Shown here one piece after another: positions 7,970 to 16,859 of a stretch of DNA of 42,020 bases; within the stretch, counting starts at the first letter, position 1; each line of letters begins with the position of its first letter. A model generated the notes under the pieces. The model ran no database searches. It was given only the letters and a program-made list of their open reading frames with translations, and was not told the DNA's origin. The position numbers and the translations under genes are program-made. Origin of the DNA: Patescibacteria group bacterium (GTDB taxonomy: Bacteria > Patescibacteriota > Minisyncoccia > Minisyncoccales > CG1-02-41-26); NCBI GenBank assembly GCA_023474835.1, contig JAMCXQ010000026.1, positions 1-42,020 on the forward strand, given 5' to 3'.

Positions 7970-8917
7970 ATGATGAAAAAATCGAAAATTTTTTGGCTTG
8001 CTTTCCTATCCAGTATGTTTGTCTGGTGGAGCATAAACATAACGCAAAAAAACGCGGAAGATTTTTTAGTGGCTAAAATGCTGCGGGCAAAACCGCAGAT
8101 AAACGTAAATATTCTGGCTGAAATTTCTTCCGCCAAAAGCGAGACCCTACCGGAAAAAGCAGAATGCGATATTAACAAAATTAAAGCAACCAATTTTTTG
8201 ACGGTGCTGGAAACAGCCGGCAACAAAACAACCGTCATATCAGCCAGAAACGAAAACCTGAAAACGCCCATAGCCAGCCTGACCAAACTTTTGACTTTTG
8301 CCATCGCCCAGGAGTATTATCCGGAAAATTACCAGTTCGTGATTTCCAAACAGTCCGTGGAGCAGCCCGAAGAACTTGGCAGGCTTAAAGTAGGGGAAAT
8401 ATTCAGCAAAAAAGACCTTTCAGCCATTATGCTCATGGAATCAAGCAACGATGCTGCCTTTGCTCTTAGCGAGCCGATTGGCGGAGAAGGCTTCGTTAAT
8501 TTAATGAACTTAAAAGCGGAAAACGACATATTGATGGGCGACTCGTACTTTTACAATCCAACCGGCCTGGACCCCAACGGTTCGAGCAGCAACGAAAGCC
8601 AGATAAACTATTCCACGGCCAATGATCTAGCCAAACTGATGAAATACGTGGTGGACAATTACGCAGAACAAGTGAAATTCCTGGGACAAAAAGAATATCC
8701 GCTGGGCAGGCAGGGGCGCACCCTGAAAAACACAAATATGCTGGCGGGCGAGGTTGACGGTTTGATTGCGGGCAAAACCGGCTATACTGAACGGGCGAAC
8801 GGCTGCCTGATAATGGCGGTAAAAGCGAAAAATCCGGGCGCTTATTTTATTTACGTTATTTTGGACTCGCCCGACCGCTTTAATGACATGGAAGAACTGA
8901 TAAAATGTTCTTTTTGA
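7970..8917 (+). CDS. D-alanyl-D-alanine carboxypeptidase (serine peptidase S11 / PBP5-like)
   Basis: 315 aa. N-terminal TM/signal segment, then the SxxK (ASLTK), SxN (SSND) and KTG (GKTGYT) motifs. Confidence 0.8.
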   Translation: MMKKSKIFWLAFLSSMFVWWSINITQKNAEDFLVAKMLRAKPQINVNILAEISSAKSETLPEKAECDINKIKATNFLTVLETAGNKTTVISARNENLKTPIASLTKLLTFAIAQEYYPENYQFVISKQSVEQPEELGRLKVGEIFSKKDLSAIMLMESSNDAAFALSEPIGGEGFVNLMNLKAENDILMGDSYFYNPTGLDPNGSSSNESQINYSTANDLAKLMKYVVDNYAEQVKFLGQKEYPLGRQGRTLKNTNMLAGEVDGLIAGKTGYTERANGCLIMAVKAKNPGAYFIYVILDSPDRFNDMEELIKCSF

Positions 8918-8940
8918 CCCATAAATAATTTCATATCGTT

Positions 8941-10020
8941 ATGATTCCTCATCCTTCAAGCGTTTTGGAAGCAAACGTCATAAAAGTTCTGATAATGTGC
9001 GCCCTTTCGGCTGTTTTGGCTTTTCTGTGGACGCCTTTCCTGACGAAGTTTTTATACAAACATAAACTTTGGCGCAAATCAGCGAGAGATAAAGCCATTG
9101 ACGGGGGAGCCGCCACGGTTTTCCACCAGCTGCATAAAGACAAAGAAACAGCCGCGCCCAGGTTCGGCGGGCTTTTAATCTGGATTACAAGCGCCTTTAT
9201 TATCTTCCTGTTCGCTTTCCTGGACAGCGTTTTCCCGTCGTCGTCCCTTTTCCACAAACTTAATTTTTTATCAAGAGAGCAAACCTGGCTGCCTTTGGGA
9301 TTTTTGATTGCCGGAGCCCTGCTTGGCCTGGGAGACGACATTTTGCAGGTTTTTGAAAAAGGAAAATACGCGGGCGGGGGCATCCGCTTCACCCGAAGGC
9401 TGGCTTTTGTTTTGCTGATTGGCGCCGCGGGCGCCTGGTGGTTTTATTTCAAGCTGGGCTGGCACACTTTGCACATACCGGGCAACGGCGATATTGAAAT
9501 CGGCCTTTTTTATCTGCCTCTTTTTGTTCTGACTGTTCTGGCCTGCTGGGCGGGCGGAGTCATTGACGGCCTGGACGGATTGTCGGGCGGGGTGTTTTCA
9601 GTGATGTTCGGGGCTTTCGGCATTATCGCTTTCGCGAACTCGCAATATAATCTGGCGACTTTTTGTTTTGTGGTGGCGGGCTCGACAATGGCTTTTTTGT
9701 GGTTTAACCTGCCTCCGGCCCGCTTTTACATGGGAGAAACCGGCACAATCGCCTTAACCGCCACGTTGGCGGCGGTTGCTTTTTTAACCGATTCTTTGCT
9801 GGTTTTGCCGATTATCGCCGGGCTTTTGGTGATTGAAGTTGCTTCAATTTTAATCCAGCTGGTCGCTAAAAAATTCTGGCACAAAAAAGTTTTTTTGTGC
9901 GCCCCGATTCACCACCATCTGGAAGCCAAGGGCTGGTCGCGGGAAAAAATCACGATGCGATTTTGGCTGATTGGCATGGTACTGGCAATTGTCGGAGTGG
10001 CGATACGGCTGCTTGGATAA
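8941..10020 (+). CDS. mraY: Phospho-N-acetylmuramoyl-pentapeptide transferase
   Basis: 359 aa polytopic membrane protein. Motifs DDILQ, DGLDGLSGG and APIHHHLEAKGWSREKI. Confidence 0.95.
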   Translation: MIPHPSSVLEANVIKVLIMCALSAVLAFLWTPFLTKFLYKHKLWRKSARDKAIDGGAATVFHQLHKDKETAAPRFGGLLIWITSAFIIFLFAFLDSVFPSSSLFHKLNFLSREQTWLPLGFLIAGALLGLGDDILQVFEKGKYAGGGIRFTRRLAFVLLIGAAGAWWFYFKLGWHTLHIPGNGDIEIGLFYLPLFVLTVLACWAGGVIDGLDGLSGGVFSVMFGAFGIIAFANSQYNLATFCFVVAGSTMAFLWFNLPPARFYMGETGTIALTATLAAVAFLTDSLLVLPIIAGLLVIEVASILIQLVAKKFWHKKVFLCAPIHHHLEAKGWSREKITMRFWLIGMVLAIVGVAIRLLG

Positions 10021-10044
10021 AAATTTTCAATATTTTAGTTTATT

Positions 10045-12570
10045 ATGCTGAAAGCACAATCTTTTGAATTTGTCTCGTATAGTTTTGTTCCGAAACAAAA
10101 GAAAGTCAGTTTTAAGTATAAAATAAGTTTTATCAAGGGAAAACCTTTGTTTTTTGTTGAAAATATTGTTTTGCCAAAAACGCCGGGCTTAAGCCGAGTT
10201 CCAAAGGACTTATTGGATAATCTTTTACAAGGATTGCATTTAATTTTAGGGGTAAGTTATTACAAAATTTATTGTCCGGCAAAAATAAAATTAAATAAGC
10301 CGCTTTCGCCAGAGCAGGCGGATTTTTGGGACAAGGTATATAAAAGGGGATTGGGGGAGTTTTTCTATCGTAATAAACTTAATCCAAAAATTGTAAAATT
10401 TCCATTCAAAAAAATACCGAAAGCGCAAAGCCATGAATTAAAAAGAAAAAACAGGTCTTTGCTGGGTATTGGAGGAGGCAAGGATTCAATTGTCGCCGCG
10501 GAGCTTCTCAAAAAAGGCAATTTCGAAGTCAATGGCTTTGCTGTTGAAACAGAAAAAGGATCCGAAGTGATTGATTCGGTTATCAAAAAAAGCGGACTTG
10601 GGGCGCTGAAAATCAGGCGCATTTTGGACCCAAAATTGTTCAGTAATCTTCCTAATTCATATAACGGCCACGTACCAATATCGGCCGTGTATGGATTTTT
10701 GGGGGTTTTTTGCGCGGTTTTATACGATTATTCAAATGTTATAGTTGCTAACGAACAAAGCAGCAATTTCGGCAACTTGGTTTATTATGGCGAAATAATT
10801 AACCACCAATGGAGCAAATCGCAGGAGTTTGAAGAGCTTTTCCAGAATTATGTCAATAATTTCATCACCCCGGACATAAAATATTTTTCTCTGCTTCGGC
10901 CCTTTTACGAAATCCGCATTGCGCGAATGTTTTCTGAACACAAAAAATACTTTCCTTATTTCTCAAGCTGCAATCAAAATTTCAGAGCGAACAGGCAAAG
11001 AGGGGGTCCGTTGTGGTGCGGGAAATGCCCTAAATGTGTTTTTGCGTTCACTCTTCTTTCCGCTTTCATTTCTAAAAAAGAGCTTCTGGGTGTTTTCAAA
11101 AAAAATCTTTACGAAGACGAGTCCTTACTGCGCCTATTTTCCGATTTGCTGGGATTCGGAAAAATGAAGCCTTTTGACTGTGTTGGCGCTTTTGAAGAAA
11201 CGCGGGCCGCCCTTTATCTGGCAAGAAACAAATTTAAAAATAGTTTCATAATCGCAAAACTGCTGTCGAAAATACAAAATCCCGATGATATAGCGAAAAA
11301 AGTGTTCTCCACTAACTTGGCGCTAAATATTCCCACCCGTTTTCGTTTTTTAGGTATGAAAAGCATTTTGATTTTGGGATTTGGCAAAGAGGGGCAAACA
11401 ACCCGACAATACTTGCAAAAAAATTTCCCCAAATGCAAAATTGGAATTGCCGACCAAAAACAAGACGGGAATTATCTGGAAAAACAGAAAAAATACGATA
11501 TTGTTGTCAAAACACCCGGAATCGCCAGAAAAAACATCGTGATTCAATACACCACTGCCTCCAACATCTTTTTGTCGCAAATTGACAACATGGTTATTGG
11601 CGTGAGCGGCAGCAAAGGCAAAAGTACTACGGCTTCCTTAATTTACGAAATTCTGAAAACGGCGGGCAAAAAAGTTTGTTTGCTGGGAAACATCGGCCAG
11701 CCAATGTTAAAGTCCCTTTTGGGGCCGATTGAAAAAAGCGAGATATTTGTTTTGGAACTTTCCAGCTATCAGCTTGACGATATTGAATTTTCGCCCAATG
11801 TAGCCGTAATAACGAATTTATTCCCCGAACATATGGATTATCATGGAGGAGTAAAACCGTATTTTGAAGCCAAACAAAACATCGTCAAATACCAAAGAAA
11901 AAATGATTTTTTCATTTATAACCCCAAAGTAGGGAAGTTGGGAAAATGGGCTAAGGAAACAAAAGCGAAAACAATTCCCTTTGAGAAAAAAATTCCGCTA
12001 AACCAAGCGGAGATACCTTTGCTTGGAGAACATAACAAAGATAACATCAAGGCGGCGGTGAGTGTGGCGAAAATTTTCAAAATCAAAAATGAAATCATCA
12101 AAAAAGCGATTGGAAATTTCAAGCCGCTGCCCCATCGTTTGGAGCTCGTTGGCGAATTTAGTGGAATTAAGTTTTATGATGACGCGATTTCAACCGCGCC
12201 CGAATCCACGATAATGGCCTTAAAATCAATCCCGAATATTAAAACGATTTTCCTTGGCGGAGAGGACCGCGGCTATGACTTTTTTGAACTTGAAAAAATC
12301 ATAAGAAAAAACAAAATAGAAAACATCGTTTTATTCCCGAAAAGCGGCAAAAGAATGTTCAAACAGAGAAGGGGATTGAATATTTTGGAAACATCCATAA
12401 TGAAAAAAGCCGTTGAGTTCGCTTACAAAAACACGCCGCAAGGAACGGCTTGCCTTCTTTCCACCGCCTCTCCAAGTTATACTATTTGGAAAAATTTTGA
12501 AGAAAAAGGCGACCAGTTCAAATATTGGGTTAAAAAATTTTCCAAAAAATATGGCGCTCGCGCAAAATAA
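10045..12570 (+). CDS. murD: Fusion protein: N-terminal PP-loop/4-Cys domain (aa 1-~435, candidate MurL-like) + UDP-N-acetylmuramoylalanine--glutamate ligase MurD (aa ~438-841)
   Basis: The C-terminal half has Mur ligase motifs (ILGFGKEGQ Rossmann, GVSGSKGKSTT P-loop, LGEHNKDN, PHRLE). The N-terminal half has GGGKDS (nt 10471-10488) and C309..C325-x2-C328-x2-C331. It is one uninterrupted frame, in the canonical murD slot between mraY and ftsW. Confidence 0.85.
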   Translation: MLKAQSFEFVSYSFVPKQKKVSFKYKISFIKGKPLFFVENIVLPKTPGLSRVPKDLLDNLLQGLHLILGVSYYKIYCPAKIKLNKPLSPEQADFWDKVYKRGLGEFFYRNKLNPKIVKFPFKKIPKAQSHELKRKNRSLLGIGGGKDSIVAAELLKKGNFEVNGFAVETEKGSEVIDSVIKKSGLGALKIRRILDPKLFSNLPNSYNGHVPISAVYGFLGVFCAVLYDYSNVIVANEQSSNFGNLVYYGEIINHQWSKSQEFEELFQNYVNNFITPDIKYFSLLRPFYEIRIARMFSEHKKYFPYFSSCNQNFRANRQRGGPLWCGKCPKCVFAFTLLSAFISKKELLGVFKKNLYEDESLLRLFSDLLGFGKMKPFDCVGAFEETRAALYLARNKFKNSFIIAKLLSKIQNPDDIAKKVFSTNLALNIPTRFRFLGMKSILILGFGKEGQTTRQYLQKNFPKCKIGIADQKQDGNYLEKQKKYDIVVKTPGIARKNIVIQYTTASNIFLSQIDNMVIGVSGSKGKSTTASLIYEILKTAGKKVCLLGNIGQPMLKSLLGPIEKSEIFVLELSSYQLDDIEFSPNVAVITNLFPEHMDYHGGVKPYFEAKQNIVKYQRKNDFFIYNPKVGKLGKWAKETKAKTIPFEKKIPLNQAEIPLLGEHNKDNIKAAVSVAKIFKIKNEIIKKAIGNFKPLPHRLELVGEFSGIKFYDDAISTAPESTIMALKSIPNIKTIFLGGEDRGYDFFELEKIIRKNKIENIVLFPKSGKRMFKQRRGLNILETSIMKKAVEFAYKNTPQGTACLLSTASPSYTIWKNFEEKGDQFKYWVKKFSKKYGARAK

Positions 12571-13687
12571 ACGGATAAAAGCAAAACCGGATTTGGTTTT
12601 ATTTCTAATTATCTTTGCCCTTGTTGTTTGGGGCTTTTTCACTATGTCGGCGGCTTCTTTTTCCGCGGCTTTGCTGGAAAACAGAAACCCCTGGTATTTT
12701 CTCACGCACCAGGGGGCGCTTTTGGCGGGCGGGATTGTTCTGGGCCTTGTCGCTTACAAAATACCGCTTGCCAAGCTGAAAAAAATGTCGCCGGTAATTT
12801 TTTTGGCTTGTTTGGCGCTTTTGCTGGCGGTGTTTTTGCCGGGAATCGGTGTGGAAAGCGGGGGAGCCCGGCGTTGGATGCGCGCAATCGGAGGATTTTC
12901 CTTGCAGCCCGCGGAATTTTTGAAAATCGGCTTTATCCTTTACCTGGCCGCCTGGCTGAACGAAAAATTCAAAAACAAAAAAGGCAAAATCTCCCTGAAA
13001 GACATTCTGCCATTTTTCGCGGTTTTGGCGGTTTTAACTTTTGCTTTAATCAAACAGCCCAACATGAGCACGCTGGCCATTGTTTATTTGACAGGCTTTG
13101 CCATGTATCTTTTGACCTCGGCCCCCTGGTGGCATTTTGTCGGGCTCGTTGGCGCGGGAGGCGGGGCGATAGCGGTTTTCATTTCTTCGGCTCATTACCG
13201 GATAAACAGATTTTTAACCTTTTTAAACCCGAACTCCGACCCCCTCAACAAAGGCTACCAGCTGAAACAGGCAGCTATCGCCATTGGTTCGGGCAAACTG
13301 GTGGGGGTCGGAGGCGGATTAAACTTCGGCTTGAGCCGCCAGAAGCTTGGTTTTCTGCCCGAAGTTCTCACTGATTCCATTTTCGCCGTGGTGGCTGAAG
13401 AAATGGGTTTTTTGGGATGTATAGCCTTAATCTGCCTTTTTATGGCTTTCGCCTGGCGCTGCCTGCGCCTGGCCGCCAGATGCGGTAAAACATTTGAAGG
13501 CTTTTTGGCCTGTGGCATCGCCGTTTGGATAACCCTGCAGGCGCTGTTTAACATGGCGGGCATTACCGGATCTCTGCCTTTGGGCGGCATTCCTTTGCCG
13601 TTTTTCAGCTATGGAGGCTCGCACATCATCGCGGAAATGATTGGCGTAGGGCTGTTATTGAACATATCAAAACATAATAATTCATGA
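12551..13687 (+). CDS. ftsW: SEDS-family peptidoglycan glycosyltransferase FtsW
   Basis: Start moved to ATG 12551 (MALAQNKRIK...), which overlaps the murD stop by 20 nt. Polytopic, with the GGARRWM...SLQPAEFLK and PFFSYGGS motifs. The ORF-track start at 12413 lies inside murD. Confidence 0.9.
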   Translation: MALAQNKRIKAKPDLVLFLIIFALVVWGFFTMSAASFSAALLENRNPWYFLTHQGALLAGGIVLGLVAYKIPLAKLKKMSPVIFLACLALLLAVFLPGIGVESGGARRWMRAIGGFSLQPAEFLKIGFILYLAAWLNEKFKNKKGKISLKDILPFFAVLAVLTFALIKQPNMSTLAIVYLTGFAMYLLTSAPWWHFVGLVGAGGGAIAVFISSAHYRINRFLTFLNPNSDPLNKGYQLKQAAIAIGSGKLVGVGGGLNFGLSRQKLGFLPEVLTDSIFAVVAEEMGFLGCIALICLFMAFAWRCLRLAARCGKTFEGFLACGIAVWITLQALFNMAGITGSLPLGGIPLPFFSYGGSHIIAEMIGVGLLLNISKHNNS

Positions 13688-14796
13688 AATTAGTTTTTGC
13701 GGGCGGAGGAACCGCCGGACACATATTCCCAATAGTGGCAATAACGCAGGAAATGAGACGGCTTTATCCCAGCTCCGAACTGAAAATATACTATTTAGGC
13801 CCCGGATACGACTACGGCGATGTTTTGCTGTCCCGTGAAAAAGTCGCGATAAAGCACATAGTATCGGGAAAATTGAGAAGATACTTTTCCTGGCGCAATG
13901 TGTCGGATGTTTTCAAGGTGCCAGTAGGGTTTTTGCAGGCGTTTTGCAAGCTTTTTGTTGTTTCACCCGACGTTGTTTTTTCCAGCGGAGGATTTGGCGC
14001 TTTTCCCGTTATTCTCGGCGCCTTTATCCTTAGAATTCCAATAGTTATGCATGAGCCGGACACTGTCGCGGGCCTGGTTTCCAGAATAACCGCTAAATTT
14101 GCCGCTCAGATTTTCAGCGCTTTCCCTGACGTTGAAAAACTGCCCAAAGAAAAAACCATTTGCGTGGGCAACCCCATCAGACCCGGGCTTTCGGGCGGTT
14201 CGCCCGAAAAAGCGAAAGAAATTTTCAGCCTGCAGAACGGCCGCCCGATAGTTTTGATTTTGGGCGGATCGCAAGGGTCGCAAAGCATCAATAATTTGAT
14301 ATTGGAAATTTTGCCCCAGCTTACAAATTCCCTTGAAGTTATCCACCAAACCGGCTTCAGCAACGAACAAGAAACAGCAAAACAGGCGAACTTTACGCTT
14401 GATAAAGAACAAAAAAAGTTTTATCATTGCTATGGGTTTTTGAATTCCGAACAATTGAAACACGCCTTCGCCGCGTGCAACCTGATAATTTCCAGGGCCG
14501 GTTCGGGCGCTTTGTTTGAAATTGCCTCGGCCGGAAAACCCTCGATTCTGATACCCCTGCAAAAAAGCGCGCAAAACCACCAGGCGAAAAACTCCTATTG
14601 GTTCCAGGCGAAGGGGGCCTGCGAAGTCGTTGAAGAGCAAAACTTAAAACCAAACATATTTTTGCAAAGGTTGTTTAATTTGATAAACAGCGAAAAAGCG
14701 CTGGCGAAAATGGCTGAAAACGCCGCGGGCCTGGCCAAACCGCAAGCCGCAGCCATTATTGCCAAATACTTGATTGACTGCCTGAAAAATGGATGA
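13684..14796 (+). CDS. murG: UDP-GlcNAc--lipid I N-acetylglucosamine transferase
   Basis: 370 aa. FAGGGTAGHIFP, GGSQGSQ and ISRAGSGALFEI motifs. ATGA start/stop overlap with ftsW. Confidence 0.95.
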   Translation: MKLVFAGGGTAGHIFPIVAITQEMRRLYPSSELKIYYLGPGYDYGDVLLSREKVAIKHIVSGKLRRYFSWRNVSDVFKVPVGFLQAFCKLFVVSPDVVFSSGGFGAFPVILGAFILRIPIVMHEPDTVAGLVSRITAKFAAQIFSAFPDVEKLPKEKTICVGNPIRPGLSGGSPEKAKEIFSLQNGRPIVLILGGSQGSQSINNLILEILPQLTNSLEVIHQTGFSNEQETAKQANFTLDKEQKKFYHCYGFLNSEQLKHAFAACNLIISRAGSGALFEIASAGKPSILIPLQKSAQNHQAKNSYWFQAKGACEVVEEQNLKPNIFLQRLFNLINSEKALAKMAENAAGLAKPQAAAIIAKYLIDCLKNG

Positions 14797-16300
14797 AAAA
14801 CAAAAAATCAGAGTTCGTATGGCTCCCTCGCCCACAGGGCCCTTTCACATTGGTTCGGCCCGGACCGCTCTTTTTAATTACCTTTTCGCCAAAAAATACA
14901 ATGGCAAGTTCATTTTAAGGATTGAAGACACCGATAAAGAAAGATCGGAAAAAAAATGGGAAAACGACATAAACGATGCGTTTGAATGGCTTGGCATTAC
15001 CTGCGACGAAGGGCCGGGCAAGGGCGGCGATTTCGGACCTTACCGCCAATCGGAAAGAACAGGCACCTACCGAAAATACATTGAAAAGCTTTTGGCTGAA
15101 AATAAGGCCTATCCCTGCTTTTGTTCGGAAAAAGAGCTGGAAATACACCGCCAGTATTTGTTAAGCCAGGGCAAACCGCCGGTTTATTCGGGCAAGTGCC
15201 GCGATTTGCCGCAAAAAGAAACAAAAGAAAAATTAACGCGAAACCCGAACGCCCCTGTCATCCGCTTCCGCACACCAAACAAAAAAATATCTTTCAACGA
15301 CATTTTAAGAGGCAAGATAGAATACGAAAGCGGCATTTTCGGGGATTTTGTGGTGGCAAAAGACAGCCAAACCCCGCTTTACAATTTGGCGTGCGTTATC
15401 GACGATTATGAAATGCAAATCAGCCACGTTATCAGGGGCGAGGAGCATATTTCCAACACGCCCCGCCAAATTTTGCTGGCCGAATCTCTGGCCATAAAAA
15501 CGCCGCAATATCTGCATCTGCCGCTGATTTTAAACCAACAGAGGGCGAAACTGAGCAAAAGAGACCCCCAAATAAACGCCAAAGTGCTTGACTATAAAAA
15601 AGACGGGTATTTGGCCGAAGCCCTGGTGAATTTTATCGCTCTTTTGGGCTGGAACCCGGGCACCGACAAAGAGCTTTTTTCGCTGCAAGAGCTCATTGGC
15701 GAGTTTAGCGTTGAAAAGCTTCAGAAGGCCGGCGCGGTTTTTAACAAACAAAAGCTGGACTGGCTCAACGGCCGCTATATCAGGCAGCTAAAACCCGAAA
15801 AGCTCACGGAACTATGCGCCCCTTATCTTATCGAAGCGGGACTGATTGGCAAAAATTTTCCTTTTGACGTTTTAACGAAAATCGTCTGCCTACACCAGGA
15901 GCGGCTGAAAACCCTTTCGGAAATAACAGCGATGGCCGCTTTCTTTTTCCAGGGAAATTTGGATTACGACGCAGACCTGTTAAGGTGGAACGAAATGACT
16001 AATGAAGAAATTGCCGAGGCATTGCAAAAAAGCGAAAAGACAATTTACGCTGTCGCGCAAAGCGACTGGACAAAAGAAAAATTAAGCGAAATTTTATTGT
16101 TTGAGGCGGAAAAATTTCACCAACGGGCAGACGGAACAGGGGACAGGGGATGGCTTTTGTGGCCGCTGAGAATTTCTTTATCGGGCAAAAAAGCGTCGGC
16201 GCCGCCCTTTGAAATTGCCGAGATTTTAGGCAAAGAAAAAACATTGCAAAGAATAAAAAAAGCGATTGAAAAGGTTAAGCAAATTCGCAATAACATATGA
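14789..16300 (+). CDS. gltX: Glutamate--tRNA ligase
   Basis: 503 aa. RMAPSPTGPFHIGSARTA (HIGH region) and KLSKRD (KMSKS). Confidence 0.95.
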   Translation: MDEKQKIRVRMAPSPTGPFHIGSARTALFNYLFAKKYNGKFILRIEDTDKERSEKKWENDINDAFEWLGITCDEGPGKGGDFGPYRQSERTGTYRKYIEKLLAENKAYPCFCSEKELEIHRQYLLSQGKPPVYSGKCRDLPQKETKEKLTRNPNAPVIRFRTPNKKISFNDILRGKIEYESGIFGDFVVAKDSQTPLYNLACVIDDYEMQISHVIRGEEHISNTPRQILLAESLAIKTPQYLHLPLILNQQRAKLSKRDPQINAKVLDYKKDGYLAEALVNFIALLGWNPGTDKELFSLQELIGEFSVEKLQKAGAVFNKQKLDWLNGRYIRQLKPEKLTELCAPYLIEAGLIGKNFPFDVLTKIVCLHQERLKTLSEITAMAAFFFQGNLDYDADLLRWNEMTNEEIAEALQKSEKTIYAVAQSDWTKEKLSEILLFEAEKFHQRADGTGDRGWLLWPLRISLSGKKASAPPFEIAEILGKEKTLQRIKKAIEKVKQIRNNI

Positions 16301-16716
16301 AACATATATTTTTTTTGTTTGCGTCTTTCGCCTTTATTGGGGTTTACGCCGTTATCCTGCCGCTACCAGCCGTTGCGGCAAACAGCGCAACCGGTACAAC
16401 CGGCGCAAGCAACGGTAATTTCGCATCGTCAGACGTGCCCAATATTTTACAGGATTACACGACGGATAACGGGCTGTGGGAAATGGCAAAAAAGGTTTTC
16501 GGGCCTCTTCTGAACATTTGGGGGCCGATGAACGAAAAAGCCAGCCAATGGTGGAAAAGTCACACCTCGGGTTCGATAAAAAAATGGGCAGACCAGCGGA
16601 TAGGGGACATAAAAACCGGATTCGAGGAAGAAAAACAGGAATTGCAGCAAGACTTCAGCAAAAACTCTTTTCAGTTTTTGCGCACAATCTGGCAAAAAAT
16701 CAGAGACAAGTTTTAA
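16297..16716 (+). CDS. Hypothetical secreted/exported small protein (Trp-rich)
   Basis: 139 aa. N-terminal hydrophobic signal-like segment ending AVAANS. ATGA overlap with the gltX stop. No family recognised. Confidence 0.5.
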   Translation: MKHIFFLFASFAFIGVYAVILPLPAVAANSATGTTGASNGNFASSDVPNILQDYTTDNGLWEMAKKVFGPLLNIWGPMNEKASQWWKSHTSGSIKKWADQRIGDIKTGFEEEKQELQQDFSKNSFQFLRTIWQKIRDKF

Positions 16717-16859
16717 TCAAATCCGTTGCGAAAGTTCAGACACGCGATAATTCGCGGTTCAAGAAGAGGCAACGGGGGGATTGGTACAAAAAGCCCAAAC
16801 AGCCGTTGTTTAATTGATATCAGAGTGAGTATAATAACCCTTACACTCATTCAGCATTT

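Noticed and set aside
12413-12550. Upstream extension of the ftsW ORF into murD
   Set aside because: It lies entirely inside the murD coding frame. MALAQNKR at 12551 gives a normal FtsW N-terminus with a 20-nt overlap.
12628-13374. 248-aa alternative-frame ORF inside ftsW (Gly/Arg/Ala-rich)
   Set aside because: It is a low-complexity translation typical of an off-frame read through GC-rich coding DNA. The FtsW frame has clear SEDS motifs.
13963-14640. 225-aa antisense ORF inside murG
   Set aside because: It is a shadow ORF. The murG frame is strongly supported and no motifs are present in the antisense product.
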